DNA of 39,380 nt from NCBI GenBank assembly GCA_002938125.1, contig PTLN01000003.1, positions 1 to 39,380 of the forward strand, given 5' to 3'. Made by a program: the position numbers and the translations under genes. Below the pieces are notes generated by a model, which was given only the letters and a program-made list of their open reading frames with translations, was not told the origin of the DNA and did not search any database. Below, in pieces: positions 19,043 to 27,782 of the stretch. The DNA is from Alphaproteobacteria bacterium MarineAlpha2_Bin1 (GTDB lineage: Bacteria; Pseudomonadota; Alphaproteobacteria; SHVP01). Position 1 is the first letter of the stretch, and each line of letters opens with the position of its first letter.

Positions 19043-19993
19043 ATGAATAATCAGGACTATTTAATTCTTGATGGTGCTACCGGAACTGAAATATCTAGAA
19101 TGGGTGGTAAAATTGATAATGTCTCATGGTCAGCAATTGCTAATATAACTCATCCCAATTTAGTTCGTTCTATTCATGAAAAATATTTAAAAATTGGTGT
19201 TGATGTTATTACAACAAATACTTTTTCCTCATGTAGGCATGTTTTGGAGGGTTCTAATTTAGGAAATCAAACAAAAAAGATAAATCAAACAGCAGTTCGC
19301 CTTGCAAAAGAGGCTTGTTATAATGTTGCTCCATCAAAAAATATATTGATTGCTGGAAGTATGTCTAACACATTAGCCTGGAAGAAGGGCAAGGCATATC
19401 CAGATCCAAGTTATATTCCAGATATACAGACCGAAACAAATAATTATAGGGAGATGGCATATATTTTAGCTGATTCGGGTATTGATATATTTATACTAGA
19501 AATGATGTTAGATACTGAACATTCATGTAGGCTTTTAGAGGTTGTGAAAGAAATAGGTTTGCCTGTATGGGTTGGATTAAGTTGTAGTGAGAAAATTAAT
19601 GGGGAGATTGTTGGTTATGACCTGTCCATAGAGAGAGAGGAAGGTATAGATCAAGATTATTTAAAGCCTATAAATGAGACATTAGAAAAAATATTTAAGG
19701 CTTTAAAAAACTTTGACCCGGATGTATTAGGAATCATGCACTCAAATATTAAAGTTACATATAAAGTGGTTGAATATTTATCTAATCATTGGTCTAATCA
19801 AATAATGGCTTACCCAGAAATAATTTATTATGATTACTCAAAACATGAGTATAATTCACTTGTTTCTCCTTCAAAGTTTGCACATATATGTAAAGATTGG
19901 TTGGATATGGGTGTAGATATAATTGGCGGTTGTTGTGGAACAACACCAAATCATATAAACGAATTAATTAAACTAATTAATCTTCACGATTAA
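19043..19993 (+). CDS. Homocysteine S-methyltransferase family protein (His-variant zinc site)
   Basis: ILDGATGTE, WSA, DVITTNTF, IAGSM, IIGGCCGTTP.HI; GIMHS where GxNC is usual. Confidence 0.88.
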   Translation: MNNQDYLILDGATGTEISRMGGKIDNVSWSAIANITHPNLVRSIHEKYLKIGVDVITTNTFSSCRHVLEGSNLGNQTKKINQTAVRLAKEACYNVAPSKNILIAGSMSNTLAWKKGKAYPDPSYIPDIQTETNNYREMAYILADSGIDIFILEMMLDTEHSCRLLEVVKEIGLPVWVGLSCSEKINGEIVGYDLSIEREEGIDQDYLKPINETLEKIFKALKNFDPDVLGIMHSNIKVTYKVVEYLSNHWSNQIMAYPEIIYYDYSKHEYNSLVSPSKFAHICKDWLDMGVDIIGGCCGTTPNHINELIKLINLHD

Positions 19994-19996
19994 GAA

Positions 19997-21460
19997 TTAT
20001 GTACCGCAAAAGGTTTGGAAAACTTGTTCGCCAGACTTTGGAGTAACACTATAAAATGTATCTTCAATTTTTTCTGAAAATGGTTTAGTAATTAGATTTA
20101 AAATTTCTTCTAATGGTTGGAAGTTATCTTTATATACTGCTTCATTAATAACTTTTTCTACTAAATGATTTCTTGGTATATACAATGGGTTAATTTTCTT
20201 CATTTTTTTTGATATAGTTTGAAACTCTATTCGTTCTTTTTTTAATCTTTGATTCCATTCATTTTTCCAATTATCTATTTCGATATTATTATTTTCATTT
20301 AAAATATAATGATTACATAAATTTCTATAGGTAGAAGTAAAATCAAGATTATTCTTAGACATTATATTAAGAAAGTCATTTATCAAGGTTTCGTCGTTAG
20401 TCTCTGTTTTTTCCAGTCCTAACTTTCTTCCCATTATCCGCAACCATTTTTGTTTAAATATTCTAGGGTATTCATTTATTACTTCGTTGGCTTGAGAAAT
20501 AGCTAACTTTTCGTTCTCATGTATTAATGGGAGAATTGCTTCAGCAAATCTTGCAAGGTTCCACTGTGCGATACCAGGTTGATTGCTAAATGAATATCTA
20601 CCTTTAAAATCTATAGAGCTAAACACAGCATTAGGATCATATTTATCCATAAAAGCACAGGGGCCAAAGTCTATAGTTTCTCCTGAAATAGAAGTATTAT
20701 CAGTATTCATTACGCCGTGGATAAAACCCACGCTCATCCATTTTGAAATAAGGTAAGTTTGTTTTTCTTGTAGTTGAACTAATAATTCAAGATAAGGGTT
20801 TTTCATATTTTTAATAGCTGGAAAGTGTCTATTTATTGCAAAATCACAAAGTTTTTTTAGCTTATCTAAATCATTTAATATTTGACAATATTGAAATGTT
20901 CCAACTCTTAAATGGCTAGAGGCAACCCTTGTAAGTATTCCACCAGGTAATGTTTTTTCTCTAAAAACTTTTTCTCCTGTTGAAATAATTGCTAATGATC
21001 TAGTTGTTGGTATAGATAAAGCATTCATTGCTTCACTGACTATGTATTCTCGTATAACTGGACCAAGAGGAGCTTTTCCATCACCATTTCTAGAAAACTT
21101 AGTTTTGCCACTTCCTTTTAGTTGAATATCAAACAAGGTACCATTTTTCTTAGTTACTTCCCCAAGAAGAATTGCTCTTCCGTCTCCAAGATTAGGCACA
21201 AAATTTCCGAATTGATGACCTGAATAAGCAAGCGCAATAGTTTTAGCTTTTTCAGATATATAATTACCAGAAAATAAATCCTTTATTAAGTTGGTATCTT
21301 TAATATTTAAATTTAATTCTTGTGATAAAGATCTATTATATTTAATTAACTTGGGATTTTTTGTTTTTTCAGGTACACGTATTTCAAAAAAAACATTTGG
21401 TAGTTTTAAATAGGAATTACTAAATGGCCAGAATTGATTATATTTATTTTGAATTTCCAT
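19997..21460 (-). CDS. selO: Protein adenylyltransferase SelO/YdiU
   Basis: AYSGHQFG, LGDGRA, QLKGSG.T.FSR.GDG, GFIHGVMNTDN, TIDFGPC, C-terminal TFCGT. Confidence 0.95.
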   Translation of the reverse strand: MEIQNKYNQFWPFSNSYLKLPNVFFEIRVPEKTKNPKLIKYNRSLSQELNLNIKDTNLIKDLFSGNYISEKAKTIALAYSGHQFGNFVPNLGDGRAILLGEVTKKNGTLFDIQLKGSGKTKFSRNGDGKAPLGPVIREYIVSEAMNALSIPTTRSLAIISTGEKVFREKTLPGGILTRVASSHLRVGTFQYCQILNDLDKLKKLCDFAINRHFPAIKNMKNPYLELLVQLQEKQTYLISKWMSVGFIHGVMNTDNTSISGETIDFGPCAFMDKYDPNAVFSSIDFKGRYSFSNQPGIAQWNLARFAEAILPLIHENEKLAISQANEVINEYPRIFKQKWLRIMGRKLGLEKTETNDETLINDFLNIMSKNNLDFTSTYRNLCNHYILNENNNIEIDNWKNEWNQRLKKERIEFQTISKKMKKINPLYIPRNHLVEKVINEAVYKDNFQPLEEILNLITKPFSEKIEDTFYSVTPKSGEQVFQTFCGT

Positions 21461-21469
21461 TTTAAGTAT

Positions 21470-21820
21470 CTAGACTTTTATCCCAAATATTGAACTTGAC
21501 TTGATCATTACAATATAAAGTAAAATTGTAACTATACATGCGCTTGAAATTGCTATCCAAAATGGGATACCAGTCTTGATACATATGGGTAGTACAATAA
21601 AAAATGGAAGTGAAGGAATAACAAAAAAAAGAGTAGAATATGAATGTTCAACTATTTTACTTAAATTTTGAGTGTCATTCCATAACCATATAATTCCAAT
21701 AACTGAAATTAATGGTAATGAGGCGATAAGACCCCCCAAACCAGGATATTTCTTTGCAACTTCAGATATTATGCCTATCATAATCCCTGATATAAGCGAT
21801 TTAAAAATTAAATAAAGCAT
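21470..21820 (-). CDS. DUF3147-like membrane protein
   Basis: KSLISG, ISEVAKK, GGLIASLPLIS, FFVIPSLPFF. Confidence 0.8.
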   Translation of the reverse strand: MLYLIFKSLISGIMIGIISEVAKKYPGLGGLIASLPLISVIGIIWLWNDTQNLSKIVEHSYSTLFFVIPSLPFFIVLPICIKTGIPFWIAISSACIVTILLYIVMIKSSSIFGIKV

Positions 21821-21902
21821 GTTATATTATAAACTTTCTCTTATTTTTTAAATTTAACTCAAATTTTTTATTAATAAAGATTAAAACACAATATTAGTAC
21901 CT

Positions 21903-22466
21903 ATGAAATTAAATGATTATAATATTACCAGATTAAAACAACTAATTATACTCTATACCAAGGATAATAGTATTTTGGTTAGGGATGAGAAGGCGCATAT
22001 AAATTTTTTAAGTGAATCGGATTTTACCTCTGAAGAACATCAGATTGCAATCTCTGCTGTTAAAGAAAGTGTACTTCAAGAGATTTCTATGGAATTAATT
22101 CAAAATTTCTTAAGAAACTCTGACATTATGTTTAGTGCAAATGAGAAGAAGCATAATATAACGCCTGAAGGTATGGTTAATATTAAGAATTATTTTAGAC
22201 AGGCATATAATATTTTTCCATTAGAGCAAAAAAAAGAGCTTTTGCCTCTGTTTTTTAACTATAATTTAACTCAGCAAAATTCTATTTTTTTTCAAGATTT
22301 ATTAACAAATGATTATTATTTTAATATATTTTTAATGTTTTTAAATGAAGATAAATTAGATTTTGAAATGATAAAGAAGCAATATTTAGATGATGAAAAT
22401 AATAAATATACTAAGTTATACCCTATGTATGAAAAAATCATGTCCCTTTCTTCTATGCTATCATAA
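21903..22466 (+). CDS. Hypothetical soluble protein
   Basis: 187-aa open frame in AT-rich DNA, no overlap with neighbours; no motif recognised. Confidence 0.65.
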   Translation: MKLNDYNITRLKQLIILYTKDNSILVRDEKAHINFLSESDFTSEEHQIAISAVKESVLQEISMELIQNFLRNSDIMFSANEKKHNITPEGMVNIKNYFRQAYNIFPLEQKKELLPLFFNYNLTQQNSIFFQDLLTNDYYFNIFLMFLNEDKLDFEMIKKQYLDDENNKYTKLYPMYEKIMSLSSMLS

Positions 22467-22487
22467 CTTTTATTATTTGAGGTTATT

Positions 22488-22928
22488 ATGAAATTAATTT
22501 TTTATTCATTTATAATTTTTTTTTCTTTAAGTGGGTATTCGTGGTCTTCGATTACTGAATACAATTGTGTTTCAAATAATATAAATAAATATCAAAAAGA
22601 TCCAATACGATTTCAAATCAATAAAATCGAAGAGAATGGATCTAAATTTTCACTAGTTAGTCTAAAACAGATTGATAAGGTAACACTTAGAGATAAATGG
22701 AGTGATTGGTCATTTATAGAATTAGAAAATAAAGATCAAAATAAATTAGTTTGGTTTTCGTATAATGATGAAATACAGAAAAAAGAAATACTGAAAGTTC
22801 CTGTCCATAGATATAGATTTGACCATTTAAATTTAAGATTAATCACTGAGCGAGCATACCAAACTCTTGGTACTCTCTCCGCTTCATTAGAAAATTATTC
22901 ATGTAGAGTTGTGGGAAGAGCTTTTTAA
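22488..22928 (+). CDS. Hypothetical exported protein
   Basis: GAGGT SD; signal-peptide-like N terminus MKLIFYSFIIFFSLSGYSWS; two Cys near the mature termini. Confidence 0.7.
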   Translation: MKLIFYSFIIFFSLSGYSWSSITEYNCVSNNINKYQKDPIRFQINKIEENGSKFSLVSLKQIDKVTLRDKWSDWSFIELENKDQNKLVWFSYNDEIQKKEILKVPVHRYRFDHLNLRLITERAYQTLGTLSASLENYSCRVVGRAF

Positions 22929-22936
22929 ATATATTT

Positions 22937-23815
22937 TTAATTAGGTGCGTAGGCAATTGAAAATATAATTGCAAATGTAATTATAATTATCCAGAGGAAT
23001 TTGTTTGTAGGTATTTTCTCACCCAACCAAATCCAAGAAACTACAGATGTTACTATAGCAAAAGTAGAAAAACCTATTGTTGCTCCAATTCTTCCACCAT
23101 TCATTGACCCATATAAAAATGCAGCTAAAGCTAAAGTTTCTAGAATAGCTTGAAGAGTTACAAAAATCATTGTTGAATTTTTAGGGAACCATTCATATTT
23201 ATTTTTAAAATTTTTCACGATAAAAAATATCAAAATAAAAATAAAAGCACTCAACCTGTTCAAATAAAGAGCGTGTTCTGCTCCCAAAAACTCAATTGAT
23301 TCTTGTGCAAAGAAAAATCTGAGAGCTATAGTGAATCCTGCGCCCAAACCAAGTAAGGCGGTTACCCTAAGCCAACTTGAAGAATATTTTTTATCAATTA
23401 TTTTTTTGGGTTGAGCTGATATCATCACAATTCCAAAAAAAACTATTATAGATGCTAACAATTGAGTTAGAGTGAACAATTCTCCTATGGTAATATTAAT
23501 TACTATCAATATAACAGAGTAACTAGCTGTAGCAGGAGATGCTACATACACTGGTCCTCGAGCGAGAGCTTTATAAAGAAACGCAACTGCAATTAAATTT
23601 AAGAAACCAGAAATTACTGAGGCTGACCAACTATATAAGTCCCAAGATGGCCAATTCCATGTGATGAGAAACCATAGTGACATCAAAATAGATGACAGAC
23701 TCATGATAAATAAAATGAGTAGAGTTATAGATATTCTTTGACTTGTTATTCGTGCTATTGTATCTGAAGTTCCAATTAGTAATGCACCCAATAAACCCCA
23801 TAAAATTGCTGTCAA
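22937..23815 (-). CDS. DMT/EamA family transporter
   Basis: About 10 TM in two repeats; LYKALARGP..VASP, GE motifs (TIGE, WLGEKI); TTG start. Confidence 0.85.
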   Translation of the reverse strand: MTAILWGLLGALLIGTSDTIARITSQRISITLLILFIMSLSSILMSLWFLITWNWPSWDLYSWSASVISGFLNLIAVAFLYKALARGPVYVASPATASYSVILIVINITIGELFTLTQLLASIIVFFGIVMISAQPKKIIDKKYSSSWLRVTALLGLGAGFTIALRFFFAQESIEFLGAEHALYLNRLSAFIFILIFFIVKNFKNKYEWFPKNSTMIFVTLQAILETLALAAFLYGSMNGGRIGATIGFSTFAIVTSVVSWIWLGEKIPTNKFLWIIIITFAIIFSIAYAPN

Positions 23816-23827
23816 TTCATTTTCCTA

Positions 23828-24913
23828 TTAAAATGGTTCAAATTTACTTAGTTCAGGTATAACATATTCTCCAAATAATTTTATTGATCGCATTAAGTCC
23901 TCTTCTGGAAGATCAGAGAAATTAAACTCACCAAAAAATGTATTAAAGTGACCTGATCTGGAAGAGTCTTTTAATTTTCTTGTTACTGTTTCAGGTGAGC
24001 CTATGAACATTAAATCATTTTCAATAATGTAGTTTGGATTAAACATATTTTTCATTAATTTAGCAGTCTTTGTATCCTTAGTGGCATTTACTCTTTTTTC
24101 AAATCTTGAAACTCTCTCTTCAAAAGAACCAGTTTCAGGAGGTTCAAGAACTCCTTCATATGCTTTACTAGCTCTTATTAGAGCTTTATCAATTGCTTTT
24201 TCATCAGTTTCATCGACATAAACTACGGTTGAATATGCAATATTAGGTTTTTCTTTCCATCCATAACTTACCCATTGAGATAGATATTTTTTGTACTTAA
24301 TATATGCAAGCTCTCTTGGATAAACCAGAAAATAACCAGTATTGATTCTATTTTTTGCACAAAAATCCAATGTTTTTGAATCTCTACTTTGAATCCATAA
24401 TGGGGGATGAGGAAATTGATTTGGTTTGACAGATAATTTTGCATTTTTTGTAATAAAATTTTTGCCTATAAAATTAAATTTATCTTTACTGCTAAATGCA
24501 GTTTTAAGATAATTTACAAATTCAATAGTTGGTAATTTTCTTTCATTATACTTTATTCCAAAAGGTTCGAAGTATAATGGGTTTACACCTGGCACTAGGC
24601 CTAGTTCTAACCTTCCTTCTAGCATTTGGTCAATTATTGCTATCTCTTCCACAAGTCTAAGAGGGTTGTAGAGAGGAACAATATAGCCCATTGGTCCAAC
24701 TCTAAGCCTCTTTGTTTTTAGTCCTGCTCCTGTTGCAAATAAACTTGGGGCTGACATAAGGCTTTCATCTGGTCTAAAATGATGTTCAACACAAAATGCA
24801 TAATCAAAATTAAGCTCATCACAAAGTGCTATTTCTCTCCAGAGTTGATTATATCTTTCACTGGGAGAAATATTTGGTTTGGACCAAACATGTGAAAAAT
24901 GAGCAAATTTCAA
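23828..24913 (-). CDS. Luciferase-like (LLM) flavin-dependent oxidoreductase
   Basis: FCVEHHF, TKRLRVG, PLYNPLRLVEEIAIIDQMLEGRLELG, PNQFPHPPLW, IGSPETV. Start moved to TTG 24913 after AAGGA SD (ORF track extends to 24982). Confidence 0.9.
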   Translation of the reverse strand: MKFAHFSHVWSKPNISPSERYNQLWREIALCDELNFDYAFCVEHHFRPDESLMSAPSLFATGAGLKTKRLRVGPMGYIVPLYNPLRLVEEIAIIDQMLEGRLELGLVPGVNPLYFEPFGIKYNERKLPTIEFVNYLKTAFSSKDKFNFIGKNFITKNAKLSVKPNQFPHPPLWIQSRDSKTLDFCAKNRINTGYFLVYPRELAYIKYKKYLSQWVSYGWKEKPNIAYSTVVYVDETDEKAIDKALIRASKAYEGVLEPPETGSFEERVSRFEKRVNATKDTKTAKLMKNMFNPNYIIENDLMFIGSPETVTRKLKDSSRSGHFNTFFGEFNFSDLPEEDLMRSIKLFGEYVIPELSKFEPF

Positions 24914-25070
24914 TTTAAATTCCTTAAAATATAGAATAATTACTAAATATAATTTCAAATTATTAAAAAAATAAATATACATGTTTTTTTAATTAAAATA
25001 TAAATAAATTACTTTTTTAGAGATACTTAACTTTATTATTTTTTTATGCTTAATATTCAAAGGAATTTAT

Positions 25071-26366
25071 ATGTCTGGTCCGGATAAATTTAATTTTAAC
25101 ACCTTATCTCTTCATGCAGGTCATAGACCTGACCCGTTAACAGGTGCTCGTGCGGTCCCAATTTACCAAACAACCTCGTATGTTTTTCAGGGTGTAGAGC
25201 ATGCTGCTTCATTGTATAATTTGGAGCGATCAGGGCATATTTATTCGAGGATTTCCAATCCTACTGTTTCAGTTCTTGAAGAGAGACTAGCAGCCCTAGA
25301 GGGCGGTGTAGGATCAGTTTGTACTGCAAGTGGCCAGTCTGCTTTTCATTTAGCTATTGCAACTTTAATGGGATCAGACTCACATATTGTTGCTTCTTCG
25401 GCTTTGTATGGTGGGACACATTATATGTTGAAATATACTTTACCAAGATTTGGTATAAATACAACTTATGTGCACCCAAGAGATATTAATGGTTTTAAAT
25501 CTGCTATTCAATCTAATACTAAACTTATATATGGTGAGACTATAGGTAACCCTGGTTTAGAAGTATTTGATATACCGACTATATCTGAAATTGCACATAG
25601 TAACTCTTTACCATTGATGATAGATTCAACATTTACAACTCCCTATTTATCAAAACCTTTAGATTTGGGAGCTGATATTATAATGCATTCAGTTACCAAA
25701 TTTTTAGGAGGGCACGGTATTGCGATCGGTGGAGCACTTATAGATGGAGGTAAATTTGATTGGGGAAGTGCTGAAAACTTTACTACTTTAAATCAACCTT
25801 ATGAAGGATATGATGGCTTAAATTTTTATGAAGAATTTGGTCCAACAGCATTTATTATGAGAGCTAGATCTGAGGGTTTAAGAGATTTCGGGGCGTGTAT
25901 GAGTCCGTCCAATGCGTTTTATATAATTCAGGGTGTAGAGACTTTGTCCGTAAGAATGAAGCAACATTGTGAAAATGCATATAATGTAGCTGAGTTTTTA
26001 GAAACAAATGAAAATGTATCCTGGGTAAGTTATCCAAGCCTTGAGAGTCATAAAGACTATAAATTGGCTAAGAAAATACTACCTAAAGGATCAGGTGCAA
26101 TACTCACATTTGGAATTAAAGGAGGAAAAGAAGCTGGTAAAAAATTTATTGAAAAATTAAATCTTTTTTCTCATTTAGCTAATATCGGTGATGCTAAATC
26201 TCTTGTTATACATCCAGCAAGTACAACTCATCAGCAAATGACTCCCGAAATGTTAAAATCAGCAGGCATTGGAGAAGATCTGGTAAGGCTTTCAATTGGT
26301 ATTGAAGATTATGACGATTTAATTCAAGATCTAAAACAAGCTCTTAGGGCTTCACAAAGAGTTTGA
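25071..26366 (+). CDS. metY: O-acetylhomoserine aminocarboxypropyltransferase/sulfhydrylase
   Basis: TLSLHAG, ARAVPIYQTTSYVF, IYSRISNPT, HSVTKFLGGHG (PLP Lys), HLANIGDAKSLVIHPASTTHQQ, VRLSIGIE. Confidence 0.92.
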   Translation: MSGPDKFNFNTLSLHAGHRPDPLTGARAVPIYQTTSYVFQGVEHAASLYNLERSGHIYSRISNPTVSVLEERLAALEGGVGSVCTASGQSAFHLAIATLMGSDSHIVASSALYGGTHYMLKYTLPRFGINTTYVHPRDINGFKSAIQSNTKLIYGETIGNPGLEVFDIPTISEIAHSNSLPLMIDSTFTTPYLSKPLDLGADIIMHSVTKFLGGHGIAIGGALIDGGKFDWGSAENFTTLNQPYEGYDGLNFYEEFGPTAFIMRARSEGLRDFGACMSPSNAFYIIQGVETLSVRMKQHCENAYNVAEFLETNENVSWVSYPSLESHKDYKLAKKILPKGSGAILTFGIKGGKEAGKKFIEKLNLFSHLANIGDAKSLVIHPASTTHQQMTPEMLKSAGIGEDLVRLSIGIEDYDDLIQDLKQALRASQRV

Positions 26367-26367
26367 T

Positions 26368-27171
26368 ATGTATATTAGTATCAATAATGAGAATATTTTT
26401 GCATCTAATGGTGGAAAAGATTTTGATTCAGAAAAAAAATGTATAATTTTCATTCATGGTGCAGGCATGGATCATACTATTTGGTCCCAACAATCTAGAT
26501 ATTTTGCAAATAAAGGTTATTCAGTAATTGCATTAGATTTAATGGGGCATGGACAATCCTTAGGTAGGGCGTCAGATGATGTAAAATTTATAGCTAAAAC
26601 AGTTAGCAAAGTAATTAATCAACTAAAAATAAAAGAAGCTGTGGTTGTTGGCCATAGTCTTGGTGCATTAATTTCAATTGAGTTAGCAAAGATCGATAAT
26701 AAAATAGTATCAGAACTAGTGCTTCTCGGTGTATGCATGCCTATGAGAGTGAGCGATGAATTATTATCAAATGCAAAAAATAATAGTCAGGATGCTTTCA
26801 GATTTATAACAATGTGGGGTCACAGTAATTTTTCTCATTTAGGACAAAATATAGTGCCTGGGGTGTGGCTTACAGGCACTTCAATGAAATTACTTGAGTC
26901 TAGTGCTAAGGGTGTTTTGTTTTCTGATTTAATTGCTGTAAAAAATTACGATGAAAATAATGAATTATTACAAAATATATTATGCCCAACATTGTTAATT
27001 TGTGGATCTGAAGATATGATGACCCCTATTAAGAATATTGAAGCTTTAGATAATAATATTAATAAATTAAGTAAAATAGTTATACCAAATTGTGGTCATA
27101 TGATGATGTTAGAAGAGCCAGATATAGTAAGGTCTGAAATTGCCTCATTTTTGGGTTATCATAAAGCGTAA
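26368..27171 (+). CDS. Alpha/beta hydrolase
   Basis: FIHGAG, DLMGHGQS, nucleophile elbow GHSLG, GSEDMMTP (Asp), CGHMM (His); starts 1 nt after the metY stop. Confidence 0.9.
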   Translation: MYISINNENIFASNGGKDFDSEKKCIIFIHGAGMDHTIWSQQSRYFANKGYSVIALDLMGHGQSLGRASDDVKFIAKTVSKVINQLKIKEAVVVGHSLGALISIELAKIDNKIVSELVLLGVCMPMRVSDELLSNAKNNSQDAFRFITMWGHSNFSHLGQNIVPGVWLTGTSMKLLESSAKGVLFSDLIAVKNYDENNELLQNILCPTLLICGSEDMMTPIKNIEALDNNINKLSKIVIPNCGHMMMLEEPDIVRSEIASFLGYHKA

Positions 27172-27347
27172 ATCTTTTATTATTTTATATTTGAGGATTT
27201 TTTGGTTTTTTTAATCACTAGTGTTCAATTTTTTTAGTATGAAGCCTAATTTTAGTTGCAAAATTTTTCTTTTAATGAAAATATTTCAAATTATAAATTG
27301 TAGGTATAAAAATATTTTGAAAAACTAAATAACTGTGATTTAAAATT

Positions 27348-27782
27348 TTGGATCAAAAAAAAATAAAAGATATTATTGAGGATAATAGGGAAAAAGAAGG
27401 CTCCCTATTGCCAATTTTACACGCTATAAATTCCTCATATGGTTATATAGATAAAAGTATAATACCGATAATAGCACATTCTTTAAATATAACAGAAGCT
27501 GAAGTTTCTGGAGTGCTAAGTTTTTATCATGATTTTAAAACTAAGCCTCCCTCTAAAAATATAATCAAACTTTGTATGGCAGAAGCTTGTCAATCTATGG
27601 GATGTAATGACTTGTATTTAAAAATATCCAATTTAATTAATAATGATAATAATACTTCAATAGAGAAAGTTTATTGCTTGGGTAACTGTTCTTTATCTCC
27701 TGCTGCAATTATTAATAATAAATATTTTGGTCGTCTAACCTTAGATAAAGTAACAGAATTCTTATATAATGAAGATAAGTAA
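27348..27782 (+). CDS. fdsG: NAD-dependent formate dehydrogenase gamma subunit (NuoE-like)
   Basis: LLPILHA, SFYHDF, CMAEACQSMG, VYCLGNC [2Fe-2S] ligands; first gene of the fds operon. Confidence 0.9.
   Translation: MDQKKIKDIIEDNREKEGSLLPILHAINSSYGYIDKSIIPIIAHSLNITEAEVSGVLSFYHDFKTKPPSKNIIKLCMAEACQSMGCNDLYLKISNLINNDNNTSIEKVYCLGNCSLSPAAIINNKYFGRLTLDKVTEFLYNEDK

Noticed and set aside
24914-25070. SAM riboswitch upstream of metY (also checked upstream of metF and both homocysteine methyltransferases)
   Set aside because: The leaders are almost pure A/T and I could see no stems or SAM-II/SAM-V consensus; an Infernal/Rfam scan would settle it.
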